Assembly (NCBI GenBank): GCA_009922615.1
Contig: RFVF01000016.1
Location: 10,612 to 74,611 of the forward strand
Direction of reading: 5' to 3'
Length of the DNA: 64,000 nucleotides
Origin: Pseudomonadota bacterium
GTDB lineage: Bacteria > Verrucomicrobiota > Verrucomicrobiia > Limisphaerales > SXTU01
Part shown: positions 9,022 to 18,140 of the stretch, piece by piece
How positions within the stretch are numbered: the first letter of the stretch is position 1
Layout: each line of letters begins with the position of its first letter
Translations under genes and position numbers: made by a program
The notes under the pieces: generated by a model
Databases searched by the model: none
Told to the model about the DNA's origin: nothing
The model's input: the letters and a program-made list of their open reading frames with translations, nothing else

Positions 9022-10496
9022 CGCGCAGCCGCTGGCCGAGAGAAGGTATGCACGCGGAACGGCAGCGCGGGCAATTCTTCGCGTCGGTGCGTCACGACAA
9101 TCAACGCGACGCGCTGGGCTGCGAGCGCCGCCAGGTGTTCCCGCATCCGGGCCAGCGACTCGGCATCCAACCCATCGAGCGGCTCGTCCAGCAGCAGCAC
9201 TTCGGGATCATGCACCACGGCGCGGGCCAGCAACACGCGGCGGCGCTGGCCGTAGGAGAGTTGGAGGTAGTTGCGCTCTGCCAGCTCCGCCAGCCCAAAC
9301 TCGGCGAGCAATTCCCGCACGCGCCGCCATTGCACGGGCGTCACAGCGTCGAGCAGGCCGATGCTGGCGAACCAGCCAGACGCCACGACTTGCGCGACCG
9401 TGAGGCCATCGCGGTAGGCGGTCTGCAAGTCCGGTCCCGCGTAGCCGGTGCGCGCGCGGATTTCCCAGAGCGTGTGCCGCCGCGTTTCGTTGAAGCGATG
9501 GATGCTGCCGCCCACCGCCGGATGCTGCTCGCCGAGAAGCAGCTTGAGAAACGTGCTTTTGCCGGAGCCGTTTGGACCCATTACGGCCCAGTGCTCGCCT
9601 GGCCGCATCTCCCAATCCAAGTCGCGCAGAACCGCGCGCCGGTCCAGATACACACTCGCGCCGCGCAGCCGGAAGAGGAAGGGATTAGCCGCGAAAGAAC
9701 GCAAAGGACGCAAAGAGGAATCAACTTCGGAGGCACACGCTCCAGCATGACTCTGGGAAATCTTTGCTTCTTTGTGCCCTTTGCGCTCTTTCGCGGCGAA
9801 ACTTTTTTTCGCTGTCACCACGCGGCCTTGCTCCAACACCACTTCATGGCGCAGCGCGGGGAAACGTTCATCCTCGCGATGCGTCGCGCAGAGCACACTC
9901 GTGCCGGTGGCGGCGGCGCGCTGGACGGCAGCAAGCAACGCATCGCGCATTGCGGTGTCGAGGCCGTCGGTGAATTCATCGAGCAACAGCACGCGTGGTT
10001 TGGCCAGCAGCGCGCGGGCGATGAGGAGCCGGCGGAACTCGCCTTGCGAAAGTGTCTGAACGTCGCGTCGCAGCAGCGGGCCGAGGCGCAGTTCATCCGT
10101 GATTTTCTCGGCCGCCAACTTCTGCTCTGCGGTGAGGCGACGATAAAGGTAGTCCGTCTGGTGAAAGCCGGTGAGCAGCACGTCGCGGCCGGTGCGGGCC
10201 CATTCGAGGTTCAGGTAACGCTCCTGCTGCTCGGGCGAGACGAACGCGAGCTGATCGCGCACGCCGATGGCGCTGGGATTGGCGGTGCCGTCGAGCCAGT
10301 AGGTGCGCCGCCCGCCATCCCCGGGATCGGGGGCCAGCTCGCCGGCGACGAGACGGAGAAAGGTGCTCTTGCCGGAGCCGTTCGCGCCGCGCAACGACCA
10401 GCATTCACCGGGCTGCCAGCGCCAGTTCACGCCGTGCAGCACGCGCTTTCCGGCGAGGGAAACATTGACGTTTTCGAGCTGAACGATCGGCGGCAT
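9018..10496 (-). CDS. ModF-like ABC ATPase with two nucleotide-binding domains and no adjacent permease
   Basis: Walker A GANGSGKST and GPNGSGKST; signatures LSQGE and LSYGQ; Walker B LLLDEF and LLLDEP. The inter-domain linker carries the repeat at 9688-9797. Confidence 0.8.
   Translation of the reverse strand: MPPIVQLENVNVSLAGKRVLHGVNWRWQPGECWSLRGANGSGKSTFLRLVAGELAPDPGDGGRRTYWLDGTANPSAIGVRDQLAFVSPEQQERYLNLEWARTGRDVLLTGFHQTDYLYRRLTAEQKLAAEKITDELRLGPLLRRDVQTLSQGEFRRLLIARALLAKPRVLLLDEFTDGLDTAMRDALLAAVQRAAATGTSVLCATHREDERFPALRHEVVLEQGRVVTAKKSFAAKERKGHKEAKISQSHAGACASEVDSSLRPLRSFAANPFLFRLRGASVYLDRRAVLRDLDWEMRPGEHWAVMGPNGSGKSTFLKLLLGEQHPAVGGSIHRFNETRRHTLWEIRARTGYAGPDLQTAYRDGLTVAQVVASGWFASIGLLDAVTPVQWRRVRELLAEFGLAELAERNYLQLSYGQRRRVLLARAVVHDPEVLLLDEPLDGLDAESLARMREHLAALAAQRVALIVVTHRREELPALPFRVHTFSRPAAAR
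9688..9797. repeat. about 110-bp imperfect palindromic element, in frame inside the ModF-like gene
   Basis: Left arm gccgcgaaagaacgcaaaggacgcaaagagga and right arm tctttgcttctttgtgccctttgcgctctttcgcggc. It shares the core aggacgcaRagaggaatca with the element at 13451-13562. A T7 run at 9803-9809 follows on the + (antisense) strand. Confidence 0.75.
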
Positions 10497-10614
10497 CGGG
10501 CGCGGAGCCTAGGGGGAGCGAGCGGGAGGCGTCACGAACAGAGTGTGGTGGGTGAGGCTGGCTGAGTTTGAATAATCAGTGTGGGCGGTGATTCTCTCCT
10601 TCACCACGTCACCG

Positions 10615-12129
10615 ATGAAATCGCCTCGCATTGCCCGCCGCAAATTTCTCCAAGCCTCGGCCGTCACTGCCGCCACCCTCGCCACCAGTGAGGGCGCGGC
10701 CCAGCGTCGGCGCACACTCATCGCCGAGGAGAACGCCCGGCCCGGCTCACTCGACTGGCAACTCACGCGGGTGAGGTTGGAGAAGAACCTGGGCTATCGC
10801 GCGCTCGCCATCGAGGGCTATTGCTCGCGACAGAGCGTCAAGGCCGGCGACACGCTGGACTTCATGGTGAGCACCAACCCTGAATCGAAGTTCATCTGCG
10901 AGGTTTTCCGCACTGGCTATTACGGCGGACGGGGCGCACGGCTGATGCTCACGCAAGGCCCCATTCCCGGCACCAAGCAACCCGACCCGCCCATCGGCGA
11001 GAACCGGCTGCGCGAGTGCAAATGGTCGCCGACGCTCTCAATCAAGATTCCGTCCGACTGGGTCAGCGGCGTTTACCTCGCCCGCCTCACGACGGTGCCC
11101 GACAAAGCCATCGAGCCTTACTGGCAGAGCTACATGGTCTTCATTGTTCGCGATGATCGTCCGGCAGATTTCCTCTTCCAGTGCAGCGACAACACCTGGC
11201 AAGCCTACAACCGCTGGCCCAACGACTATTCGCTCTACACGGACCCGCGCGGAGCGCACGCGCTCGGCACCGAGGTGAGCTTCGACCGGCCTTACGGCAA
11301 GTATGCGCAGATTTACGAGCACCCGCTCTCCATCGGCTCGGGCGAATATCTGCTGTGGGAATTCCCGCTCGCCTACTGGCTGGAGCAGCACGGCTACGAC
11401 GTGACCTACTGCTCGAATAGCGATTGCCTCGCCGCCGCGAACATCACGCGCTGCATGACGTTCCTCAGCGTCGGTCACGACGAGTATTGGGACGTGCGGC
11501 AATATGACGCGATGAAATCGGCCATCGCCTCGGGCACCAACGCGCTGTGGCTCTCGGGCAATTCCGTCTTCGGTCGCACGCCGTTCAAGCCCTCATCCAG
11601 CGGGCAGCCGAATCGAATTCTCCAGCGCACCGGCATCTATGCCGGGCTGACGGACAAGGAAATCGAGGAGTCGATCAGCGTCTTCACGAAGGACTGGAAA
11701 CGCGACGCGCGCAACGAGAGCGACATCATCGGTGCGCGGAGCATCGTGCCCTTCAACGGCGGCGGCGACTGGGTCTGCACCAAGCCGGAGCACTGGATTT
11801 TCGAGGGCACCGGGATGAAGAAGGGCGACTCCGTGCGCGGCCTCGTCGGCTGGGAGCACCACGGTTCGCCCGCGAACATCCCGGGGCTCGAAGTCGTGGC
11901 TGAGGGGACCGTATGGCGCGGCGGCACCACGCCTGCGCACTGGACCGCGACCATTTTTCCCGGCCCGAAGAACAACCTCGTCTTCAACGCCGCGACGATT
12001 TGGTGGCCGCAAGCCCTCAGCTCGCCGCCCGGCCACATCCTTCCATGGAGCCACTGGAGTCGCCCGCACGGCCCCGACGCCCGCGTGCAGCGCATCACGG
12101 AGAATTTGTTGAAGCGCTGCGGGGCGTGA
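10615..12129 (+). CDS. Tat-exported protein of the N,N-dimethylformamidase large-subunit-like (DUF6605-type) family
   Basis: Twin-arginine signal MKSPRIARRKFLQASAVTAATLA, then ENARPGSLDWQL, IEGYCSRQSVKAGD and FRTGYYGGRGAR. The family name is from memory. Confidence 0.55.
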   Translation: MKSPRIARRKFLQASAVTAATLATSEGAAQRRRTLIAEENARPGSLDWQLTRVRLEKNLGYRALAIEGYCSRQSVKAGDTLDFMVSTNPESKFICEVFRTGYYGGRGARLMLTQGPIPGTKQPDPPIGENRLRECKWSPTLSIKIPSDWVSGVYLARLTTVPDKAIEPYWQSYMVFIVRDDRPADFLFQCSDNTWQAYNRWPNDYSLYTDPRGAHALGTEVSFDRPYGKYAQIYEHPLSIGSGEYLLWEFPLAYWLEQHGYDVTYCSNSDCLAAANITRCMTFLSVGHDEYWDVRQYDAMKSAIASGTNALWLSGNSVFGRTPFKPSSSGQPNRILQRTGIYAGLTDKEIEESISVFTKDWKRDARNESDIIGARSIVPFNGGGDWVCTKPEHWIFEGTGMKKGDSVRGLVGWEHHGSPANIPGLEVVAEGTVWRGGTTPAHWTATIFPGPKNNLVFNAATIWWPQALSSPPGHILPWSHWSRPHGPDARVQRITENLLKRCGA

Positions 12130-12132
12130 GCG

Positions 12133-12215
12133 GGAAAGTAATTGGTGATTAGTAGTCGGCTTGCAAACCGCCAACACTAATGTGCGGGGCCTTTGGTGAC
12201 TAATTACTTTCTACT
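12133..12215. repeat. AT-rich inverted-repeat element upstream of hisC
   Basis: gggaaagtaattggtgattagtag and ggtgactaattactttctac share the inverted core gaaagtaatt, about 40 bp apart. Confidence 0.5.
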
Positions 12216-12292
12216 CCATCTGCACTGCTTCGGGATTTGTGCGAGTGCGCGTTGACTCGACTTTCTCCCCCTCCCGACGCGACACTCCCCGC

Positions 12293-13450
12293 ATGGCAGT
12301 TCGCGCCCAACGTCCTTTGATTCGTCCGCTCGTCCAGCGGTTGCACGCCTATGTCCCCGGCGAGCAGCCGAAGATTCCCGGCCTCATCAAGCTCAACACC
12401 AACGAGAATCCCTATCCGCCCTCGCCCAAAGTCCTCGCGGCGGTGAAGGCCGCTGTGGACGGACGGCTTCGGCTTTACCCCAACCCCACTGCGTCCGGGT
12501 TGCGCGAAAAGCTCGCCCAACTCCACCGCTGCGCTCCCGAGAACATCATCGTCGGCAACGGCTCGGATGAACTGCTCGCACTGGCAACGCGCACGTTTGT
12601 TGAACCTGTGGCCGCGTTTGTGAGCACGCGGGACGAATCAACCAAGTCAGCCGCACTCTCACGAGCGCTGCCACCGAGCGAGGGGAAGGTCCAGTATTTC
12701 AACCCCAGCTATTCGCTCTATCCCGTGCTGGCGGAGATCGCAGGCGCGGTAACCAACGCCGTCCCGCTCAACGCGGACTTCACCTTGCCAGCGCTCTCGT
12801 CTCTCGCGAAACGAGGCTGGGACTTCAAAGCCGCGCTCTCACTCATTACCACGCCGAACGCCCCGAGCGGACGTGGTTTCAGCACGGCGGAGTTGGATGC
12901 GCTTTGCGCCAAGTCAAAGGGCGTCGTGGTGCTCGACGAGGCTTACGTGGATTTCGCCCGCGAGCAGGCGATGGCGCTCGCGCTAAAGCATTCGCACGTC
13001 CTCGTCTCTCGCACGTTCTCGAAGGCCTACTCACTGTGCTTTCAGCGCGTGGGTTACTTCGTCGGTCATGCGGACCTCATCGCCGCGTTGGACAAGGTGC
13101 GCGACAGTTACAACGTCAACGGTCTCGGCCAGATCGCTGCGCTGGCGACGCTCGCCGACCTGCCCTACTACCGGCGCAATTTCCGGCGCATCATCACCAC
13201 CCGCGAGCAAGTCACGCGTGAGTTGACCGGCATGGGCTGGACCGTGCTGCCGAGCCAGACGAATTTTCTCCTAGCGAGGCCGACGCGTTTCTCCGCCGAG
13301 GATTGGCTTGCGAAATTACGCGCGAAGAAACTGCTGGTGCGCTGGTTCAAGTATCCCGAGGTGCGCGATTACCTGCGCATCACTATCGGCTCGGAGGCGG
13401 AGATGGAAGTATTCGTCAAGACGGTCCGAGCAATCGCGGCGGGGAGTTGA
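12293..13450 (+). CDS. hisC: histidinol-phosphate aminotransferase
   Basis: LNTNENPYPPSP, GNGSDELL, and SRTFSKAYSLCFQRVGY (PLP-lysine motif). The internal ATG at 12293 is preferred over the GTG at 12239. Confidence 0.9.
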   Translation: MAVRAQRPLIRPLVQRLHAYVPGEQPKIPGLIKLNTNENPYPPSPKVLAAVKAAVDGRLRLYPNPTASGLREKLAQLHRCAPENIIVGNGSDELLALATRTFVEPVAAFVSTRDESTKSAALSRALPPSEGKVQYFNPSYSLYPVLAEIAGAVTNAVPLNADFTLPALSSLAKRGWDFKAALSLITTPNAPSGRGFSTAELDALCAKSKGVVVLDEAYVDFAREQAMALALKHSHVLVSRTFSKAYSLCFQRVGYFVGHADLIAALDKVRDSYNVNGLGQIAALATLADLPYYRRNFRRIITTREQVTRELTGMGWTVLPSQTNFLLARPTRFSAEDWLAKLRAKKLLVRWFKYPEVRDYLRITIGSEAEMEVFVKTVRAIAAGS

Positions 13451-13562
13451 ACCACCGAGGCACCGAGGACGCAGAGAGGAATCAGGAAAGCAGTAAGGCA
13501 GGAACTTAACCGCTTTCTTACTGTCCGGTTTCTTCTCTGTGTCCTCGGTGCCTCGGTGGTTT
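13451..13562. repeat. about 112-bp palindromic element that doubles as a terminator-like hairpin after hisC
   Basis: Arms aaccaccgaggcaccgaggacgcagagaggaatcagg and ccggtttcttctctgtgtcctcggtgcctcggtggtt, followed by ttttctttcc on the + strand. Confidence 0.8.
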
Positions 13563-13606
13563 TCTTTCCGGTTGCGCGAGGCACGGTCGACTTTCAGATT
13601 GGCCAC

Positions 13607-14110
13607 ATGAAATTGAAACTGCTGCCTCCAATTTGCCTCGCCATCCTCGCGGTTGCTTTCCCCGTTGCCGCACAGGACGACAAGCCGGCGAGCACCCTCA
13701 GCGTTGAGGTGCCCGCGACCGTGAAGGCCGCCATCCAAAAGGAGGCCGAGGGCGGACGCGTCGTCGAGCTGAACCGGGTGAACGAAGACGGCAAGCAACA
13801 ATACGAAGCCACGGTAAGCCACGAGGGCTTGGAATATGCCGTTCGCGTGGACTTGCGCGGCGTCGTGGTGCGCGTGGAGCTGAAGAACTACAACGACGCG
13901 GAGGACCAGAGTTTGAACCAGCTCCCGGCGGCGGTGCGCGACTCGTTCAAGAAACTCGCACGCGGCGGCTCGGTGGAGAACACCCGGCGGCAACGCCTCG
14001 CCTACACCTGCGAAACGCGCCTAGACGGCAAGCGCTACGCCATCACGACGGACGAGCAGGGGCGTTTGCTGAAGAAGGAACTCCAGCAGGACGACAACGA
14101 GAACAAGTAG
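13607..14110 (+). CDS. small secreted protein, PepSY-like repeats (tentative)
   Basis: Signal peptide MKLKLLPPICLAILAVAFPVAAQ, followed by two similar beta-rich halves (AAIQKEAEGGRVVELNRV and YEATV). Confidence 0.4.
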   Translation: MKLKLLPPICLAILAVAFPVAAQDDKPASTLSVEVPATVKAAIQKEAEGGRVVELNRVNEDGKQQYEATVSHEGLEYAVRVDLRGVVVRVELKNYNDAEDQSLNQLPAAVRDSFKKLARGGSVENTRRQRLAYTCETRLDGKRYAITTDEQGRLLKKELQQDDNENK

Positions 14111-14118
14111 GCGCGCAA

Positions 14119-15897
14119 CTACTTCTTCTTGAAGTAAAGCTCCTCCGCGTTCCACGAGATGCGGTAGTAGCTCAGGACCGACGGGCGGAGGTTGCCGAGG
14201 TCGTTGCGCACCGCCACATAGCTGATGGGTGAGACGGTGTAGATCAACGGGACTTGCGTGCTCATGATCTGCTGCACCTCGTCGAAGAGCGCCTTGCGTT
14301 TGGTGAAGTCCAGCGTCTTGTGCTGCTCGTCCATGAGCTGGTCCATGCGCGCCTCCCACGGCGTCGAGGGCGTCTTTTGCTTGGGGAACCACTCGTGCGT
14401 GTAGCCGTCGGACTTGAGGACGTTCATCGAGGACGAGGGATCCGTGCTGCCGCCGCCCAGGCTCAGGAGCACGCACTCGTATTCGTAGGTGTCGTTGATG
14501 CGCGAGATGAGCGTGTTGAACTCGATGGGCTGGTAATTGACCTTGATGCCCAGCTTTTTCAGGTCGGCTTGCACGATGACGGCGATGCGGTCGCGGCTGC
14601 TGTTGCCGGTGTTGGTATTGAAGGTGAACTCAATCTCGTTGCCCTGCGCGTCTTCGAGAATGCCGTTGCCATCGCGGTCCATGATGCCGATTTCCTTCAG
14701 TAACGCGCGGGCCTTCGCAGGATCGAACGGATACTCGGGCAGGCCGGGAGCGAGCCACTTTTTATTCGCGGCGGTGATGTAGCCGAAGTTGGCTTGCGCG
14801 CGGCCGGCGTAGACGGACTTGACGATGCTGGGCCGGTCCACCGCGTGCGCCATGGCCTGGCGAAACTTCTGGTTGCGGAACCACGCGACTTTCTTCGGGT
14901 CCACGATGGGCTTGCCGGTCTTGGGGTTGAGGTTCGTGTTTTGGTTGAACCAGAAGAAACCGCGCTCCAGACCGATGCCCAGCTCCTGCACTTGGAAGCG
15001 GCCGGTCTTCGTCGCCTCATTCTTGAAGCGCACCACCTCGTCGGGCCGCAGGAACTCATGCAGGTCGTTCTCGCCTTTGAGGAAGCGCAGCGACATCGCG
15101 TTCATGTCGGGCACGACCTGATACATCACGTTGTCGAGGTAGGGCAGGCGCGTGCCGGCCTTGTCCACGACGAAGTAATTCGGGTTGCGCTCCAGCAGCG
15201 TGAACTCACCGGCCTTGTATTGCTTTAGTTTGAAGGGGCCGCTGCCCACCAGACCTTCCGGCGGCGTGTCCACTCCGTAGGCCGAGACGAATTTCTTCTC
15301 GGCCAGCGCCTTGGCGAGCACGTGCTTGGGCAGGATGGGAATGCTGCCGACGTTTTCCTCGAACGGCGCGCACGGCTCCGGCGTGACGAACTGCACGGTG
15401 AGGTTGTCCAGCTTGGTGACTTGGAAAGGCTTGCCGTCCACCTTGAGCAGGTCAATGGCCGGGTTCGGCACGTCAGGGTCATAGATGACCTTGAAGGTGA
15501 ACACCACATCCTCGGCGTTGAGCGGCTTGCCATCGCTCCAGAGCAGGCCCTGCCGGAGCTTGAAGGTCCACGTCTTCTGGTCGGCGGCTACGGACCACTT
15601 GTCCGCGAGGCCCGGCAGCATCTTTTGCGTCTGCATATCCAGCGTCAGCAGCGACGCGAAGATGAACCGGTAAATGTCCTCGGAGGAACCCTCGTTGGAG
15701 GCGATGGGGTTAAATGTCTTCGGGTCGCCGAAGGTGGACATGACCAGCCGCCCACCGCGCACGCCGGGCGAACATTCCGCGACCAGCGGCGGCACGGGCA
15801 AGGGGCCTTGAGCCGGTGTGGCGGCGAAGGTGCTTGTGTCGGTGAACAACAGCGTCGCCACTGCGACCGATGCGAGGCGGAGAGAACTGGTTTTCAT
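14119..15897 (-). CDS. ABC transporter substrate-binding protein, family 5 (peptide/nickel, OppA/DppA-like)
   Basis: 592 aa with a signal peptide. Length and sequence pattern are typical of SBP_bac_5. It is divergent from the permease genes. Confidence 0.85.
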   Translation of the reverse strand: MKTSSLRLASVAVATLLFTDTSTFAATPAQGPLPVPPLVAECSPGVRGGRLVMSTFGDPKTFNPIASNEGSSEDIYRFIFASLLTLDMQTQKMLPGLADKWSVAADQKTWTFKLRQGLLWSDGKPLNAEDVVFTFKVIYDPDVPNPAIDLLKVDGKPFQVTKLDNLTVQFVTPEPCAPFEENVGSIPILPKHVLAKALAEKKFVSAYGVDTPPEGLVGSGPFKLKQYKAGEFTLLERNPNYFVVDKAGTRLPYLDNVMYQVVPDMNAMSLRFLKGENDLHEFLRPDEVVRFKNEATKTGRFQVQELGIGLERGFFWFNQNTNLNPKTGKPIVDPKKVAWFRNQKFRQAMAHAVDRPSIVKSVYAGRAQANFGYITAANKKWLAPGLPEYPFDPAKARALLKEIGIMDRDGNGILEDAQGNEIEFTFNTNTGNSSRDRIAVIVQADLKKLGIKVNYQPIEFNTLISRINDTYEYECVLLSLGGGSTDPSSSMNVLKSDGYTHEWFPKQKTPSTPWEARMDQLMDEQHKTLDFTKRKALFDEVQQIMSTQVPLIYTVSPISYVAVRNDLGNLRPSVLSYYRISWNAEELYFKKK

Positions 15898-16002
15898 GTG
15901 CGTTGTGGCTGGGAGATTTCCACTCCGGGCCGGGCGAGTCGAGGAAACAAGCTGCTTTGAAGCTTGGAGCGGGGCGGGGCCGTCTCTACGCTTCGCTCAC
16001 AC

Positions 16003-16971
16003 ATGGGCACGTTCATCCTGAAACGCCTGCTGCACATGATTCCGATCCTGCTCGGAGTCTCGCTGCTGACGTTTCTGCTCATGTCGCTCACGCCCGGCGG
16101 CTACTTGCAGAGCCTCCGCCAGAACCCGCAAATCTCCGCCGAGACCGTCGAGCGCCTGCTCGCCAAGTATCACTACGACAAGCCGTGGTATGTCCAATAC
16201 CTCTACTGGCTCAAGAATGCCGCGCAGGGCGACTTCGGCTATTCCATCCAATACAAAATCCCCGCCACCGATCTCATCACGGCGCGGCTCTGGAACACCT
16301 TCCTGCTCTCGCTCTTCGCCACGATCGTCGCGTGGTGCATTGCTGTGCCGTTGGGGATTTGGGCGGCGGTGAACAAGGATTCCCTCGTGGACCGCGCGTG
16401 CGCGATGGTCGCGTTCGTCGGCTTGTCCGTGCCGGAAATTTTGCTGGCGCTGCTCGCGCTGATGTTCGCGGCGGCGACGGGTTGGTTCCCCATTGGCGGC
16501 GCGCAAAGCTCGCGCTACGACGAATTGACCACCCTGCAACGCCTCTGGGACCGCGCGCATCATCTCGTGCTCCCAGTGCTCGTCCTCGCGGCGAGCGAAC
16601 TCGCCGGCATCATGCGCCAGATGCGCTCGAACCTCCTCGACACCCTGCGCGCCGAATACGTCACTGCCGCGCGCGCCAAGGGCTTGCCTGAGGGCTGGGT
16701 CATCTACAAGCACGCGCTGCGCAACGCCATCAACCCGCTGCTGACCATCTTCGGCTACTCGCTGGCGCACCTGCTCTCCGGCGCGTTCATCGTCGAGAAC
16801 ATCATGGCCTGGCCTGGCCTCGGCCGCCTGACCATCGAGGCTTACACCGCGAAGGACTCCATGCTCGTCGTGGATTCCGTGGTGATGGCCACGGCGTTGC
16901 TCATCGTGGGCAACTTTGTCGCGGACGTCATGCTGGCGTGGAGTGATCCGCGGATTCGGTTGAAGGAATGA
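16003..16971 (+). CDS. peptide ABC transporter permease (OppB/DppB-like)
   Basis: MGTFILKRLLHMIPILLGVSLLTFLLM start, and the EAA-region AARAKGLPEGWVIYKHALRNAINPLLT. Confidence 0.9.
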   Translation: MGTFILKRLLHMIPILLGVSLLTFLLMSLTPGGYLQSLRQNPQISAETVERLLAKYHYDKPWYVQYLYWLKNAAQGDFGYSIQYKIPATDLITARLWNTFLLSLFATIVAWCIAVPLGIWAAVNKDSLVDRACAMVAFVGLSVPEILLALLALMFAAATGWFPIGGAQSSRYDELTTLQRLWDRAHHLVLPVLVLAASELAGIMRQMRSNLLDTLRAEYVTAARAKGLPEGWVIYKHALRNAINPLLTIFGYSLAHLLSGAFIVENIMAWPGLGRLTIEAYTAKDSMLVVDSVVMATALLIVGNFVADVMLAWSDPRIRLKE

Positions 16972-18038
16972 GCTCGCCCGCCCCCAACACCCCGCTCTCC
17001 CCGCGCCAGCTCTTCTGGCGACGCCTTCGCGCGCGGCGCATGGCGATGGCTGGCGGCGTCATCCTCGGCGTGCTTTATCTCACGGCCATTCTCGCCGGCT
17101 TCGTCGCGCCGTATCACTATGAGAGCGACGACCGTGACCGCTTCTTCCATCCGCCGATCCTCCCGCAACTCGATGGCCTGCGCCTCGTCGTGCCGAAGTA
17201 TGAAGCCGTCGAAGGCGAGCAGTTCAAGTATCTGCCCAAGCGCACCGACACCAAACCCCTGCGCTGCTTCATCAAGGGTGACAAATACAAACTCTTCGCC
17301 CTCATCCCCTGCGAGACGCACCTCTTCGGCACCGGCGAAAAAGATTACCCGCTCTACCTGTTCGGCACGGATCAGTTCGGCCGCTGCGTCTTCTCGCGCA
17401 TCCTCTACGGCTCGCAGATTTCCCTGAGCATCGGGCTCATCGGTATTACACTGTCGTTCACGTTCGGCATGTTGAACGGCGGCGTCTCCGGCTACTTCGG
17501 CGGGCACGTGGACACCGTCATCATGCGTGTGTGCGAGCTGATCATGTCCATCCCGTCGCTCTACCTCATCCTCGCGCTTCGCAACACCTTTCCCTCGAAC
17601 ATCTCTTCCACCCAAGCCTACGCGATGATTATCGCCATCCTCAGCCTTATCGGCTGGGCGAGCATGGCGCGCGTGGTGCGCGGCATGGCCTTGAGCCTGC
17701 GCGAACGGCAGTTCGTCCTCGCCGCCCGCGCGCTGGGTGCGACCCCGTGGCGCATCATCACGCGGCACATTCTCCCGAGCACGTTCAGCTACGTCATCGT
17801 CGCCGCGACCCTCAGCGTGCCCTACTACATCCTCGGTGAAGTCGTCCTGAGCTACCTCGCCGTCGGCATCCAGGAACCGCAGGCGAGCTGGGGCAACATG
17901 CTCACCGCTGCGCAAAACACCGAGCACCTCCAGAGCTACCCGTGGCTCCTTGCCCCCGGCGCGGCCATTTTCATCACCGTTCTGGCTTTCAACTTCCTCG
18001 GCGACGGCTTACGAGATGCGGCCGATGCCAAGTCATAA
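16968..18038 (+). CDS. peptide ABC transporter permease (OppC/DppC-like)
   Basis: 4-nt overlap with the upstream permease gene. Contains [27 protein letters not shown]. Confidence 0.9.
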   Translation: MSSPAPNTPLSPRQLFWRRLRARRMAMAGGVILGVLYLTAILAGFVAPYHYESDDRDRFFHPPILPQLDGLRLVVPKYEAVEGEQFKYLPKRTDTKPLRCFIKGDKYKLFALIPCETHLFGTGEKDYPLYLFGTDQFGRCVFSRILYGSQISLSIGLIGITLSFTFGMLNGGVSGYFGGHVDTVIMRVCELIMSIPSLYLILALRNTFPSNISSTQAYAMIIAILSLIGWASMARVVRGMALSLRERQFVLAARALGATPWRIITRHILPSTFSYVIVAATLSVPYYILGEVVLSYLAVGIQEPQASWGNMLTAAQNTEHLQSYPWLLAPGAAIFITVLAFNFLGDGLRDAADAKS

Positions 18039-18040
18039 AT

Positions 18041-18134
18041 GAACCGAGAATCCAGAATTCAGAAGCTAGAAGTTGGAAGGCGTTTGTTCGTGCCCGCGCA
18101 GTATGCTGGCTTCTGAATTCCGACTCCAGACTCC
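18041..18134. repeat. palindromic element with heptamer-periodic arms, filling the oppC-oppD spacer
   Basis: Left arm gaatcca/gaattca/gaagcta/gaagttg/gaagg; right arm gctggcttctgaattccgactccagactcc (inverted core gaattcagaagc). No T-run follows. Confidence 0.75.
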
Positions 18135-18140
18135 TTTCCC

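Noticed and set aside
7846-10565. Long ORFs 7846..9018 (-) and 8799..10565 (+)
   Set aside because: They are antisense to the DegT aminotransferase and the ModF-like ATPase respectively. They have no recognisable motifs and an Arg/Ala/Gly-rich composition typical of shadow frames.
12600-12700. Extra roughly 22-residue segment in HisC (VAAFVSTRDESTKSAALSRALPPSEG) considered as another in-frame repeat element
   Set aside because: I could not find a convincing inverted or tandem repeat in the underlying DNA. It may be an ordinary lineage-specific loop, and an alignment is needed to decide.
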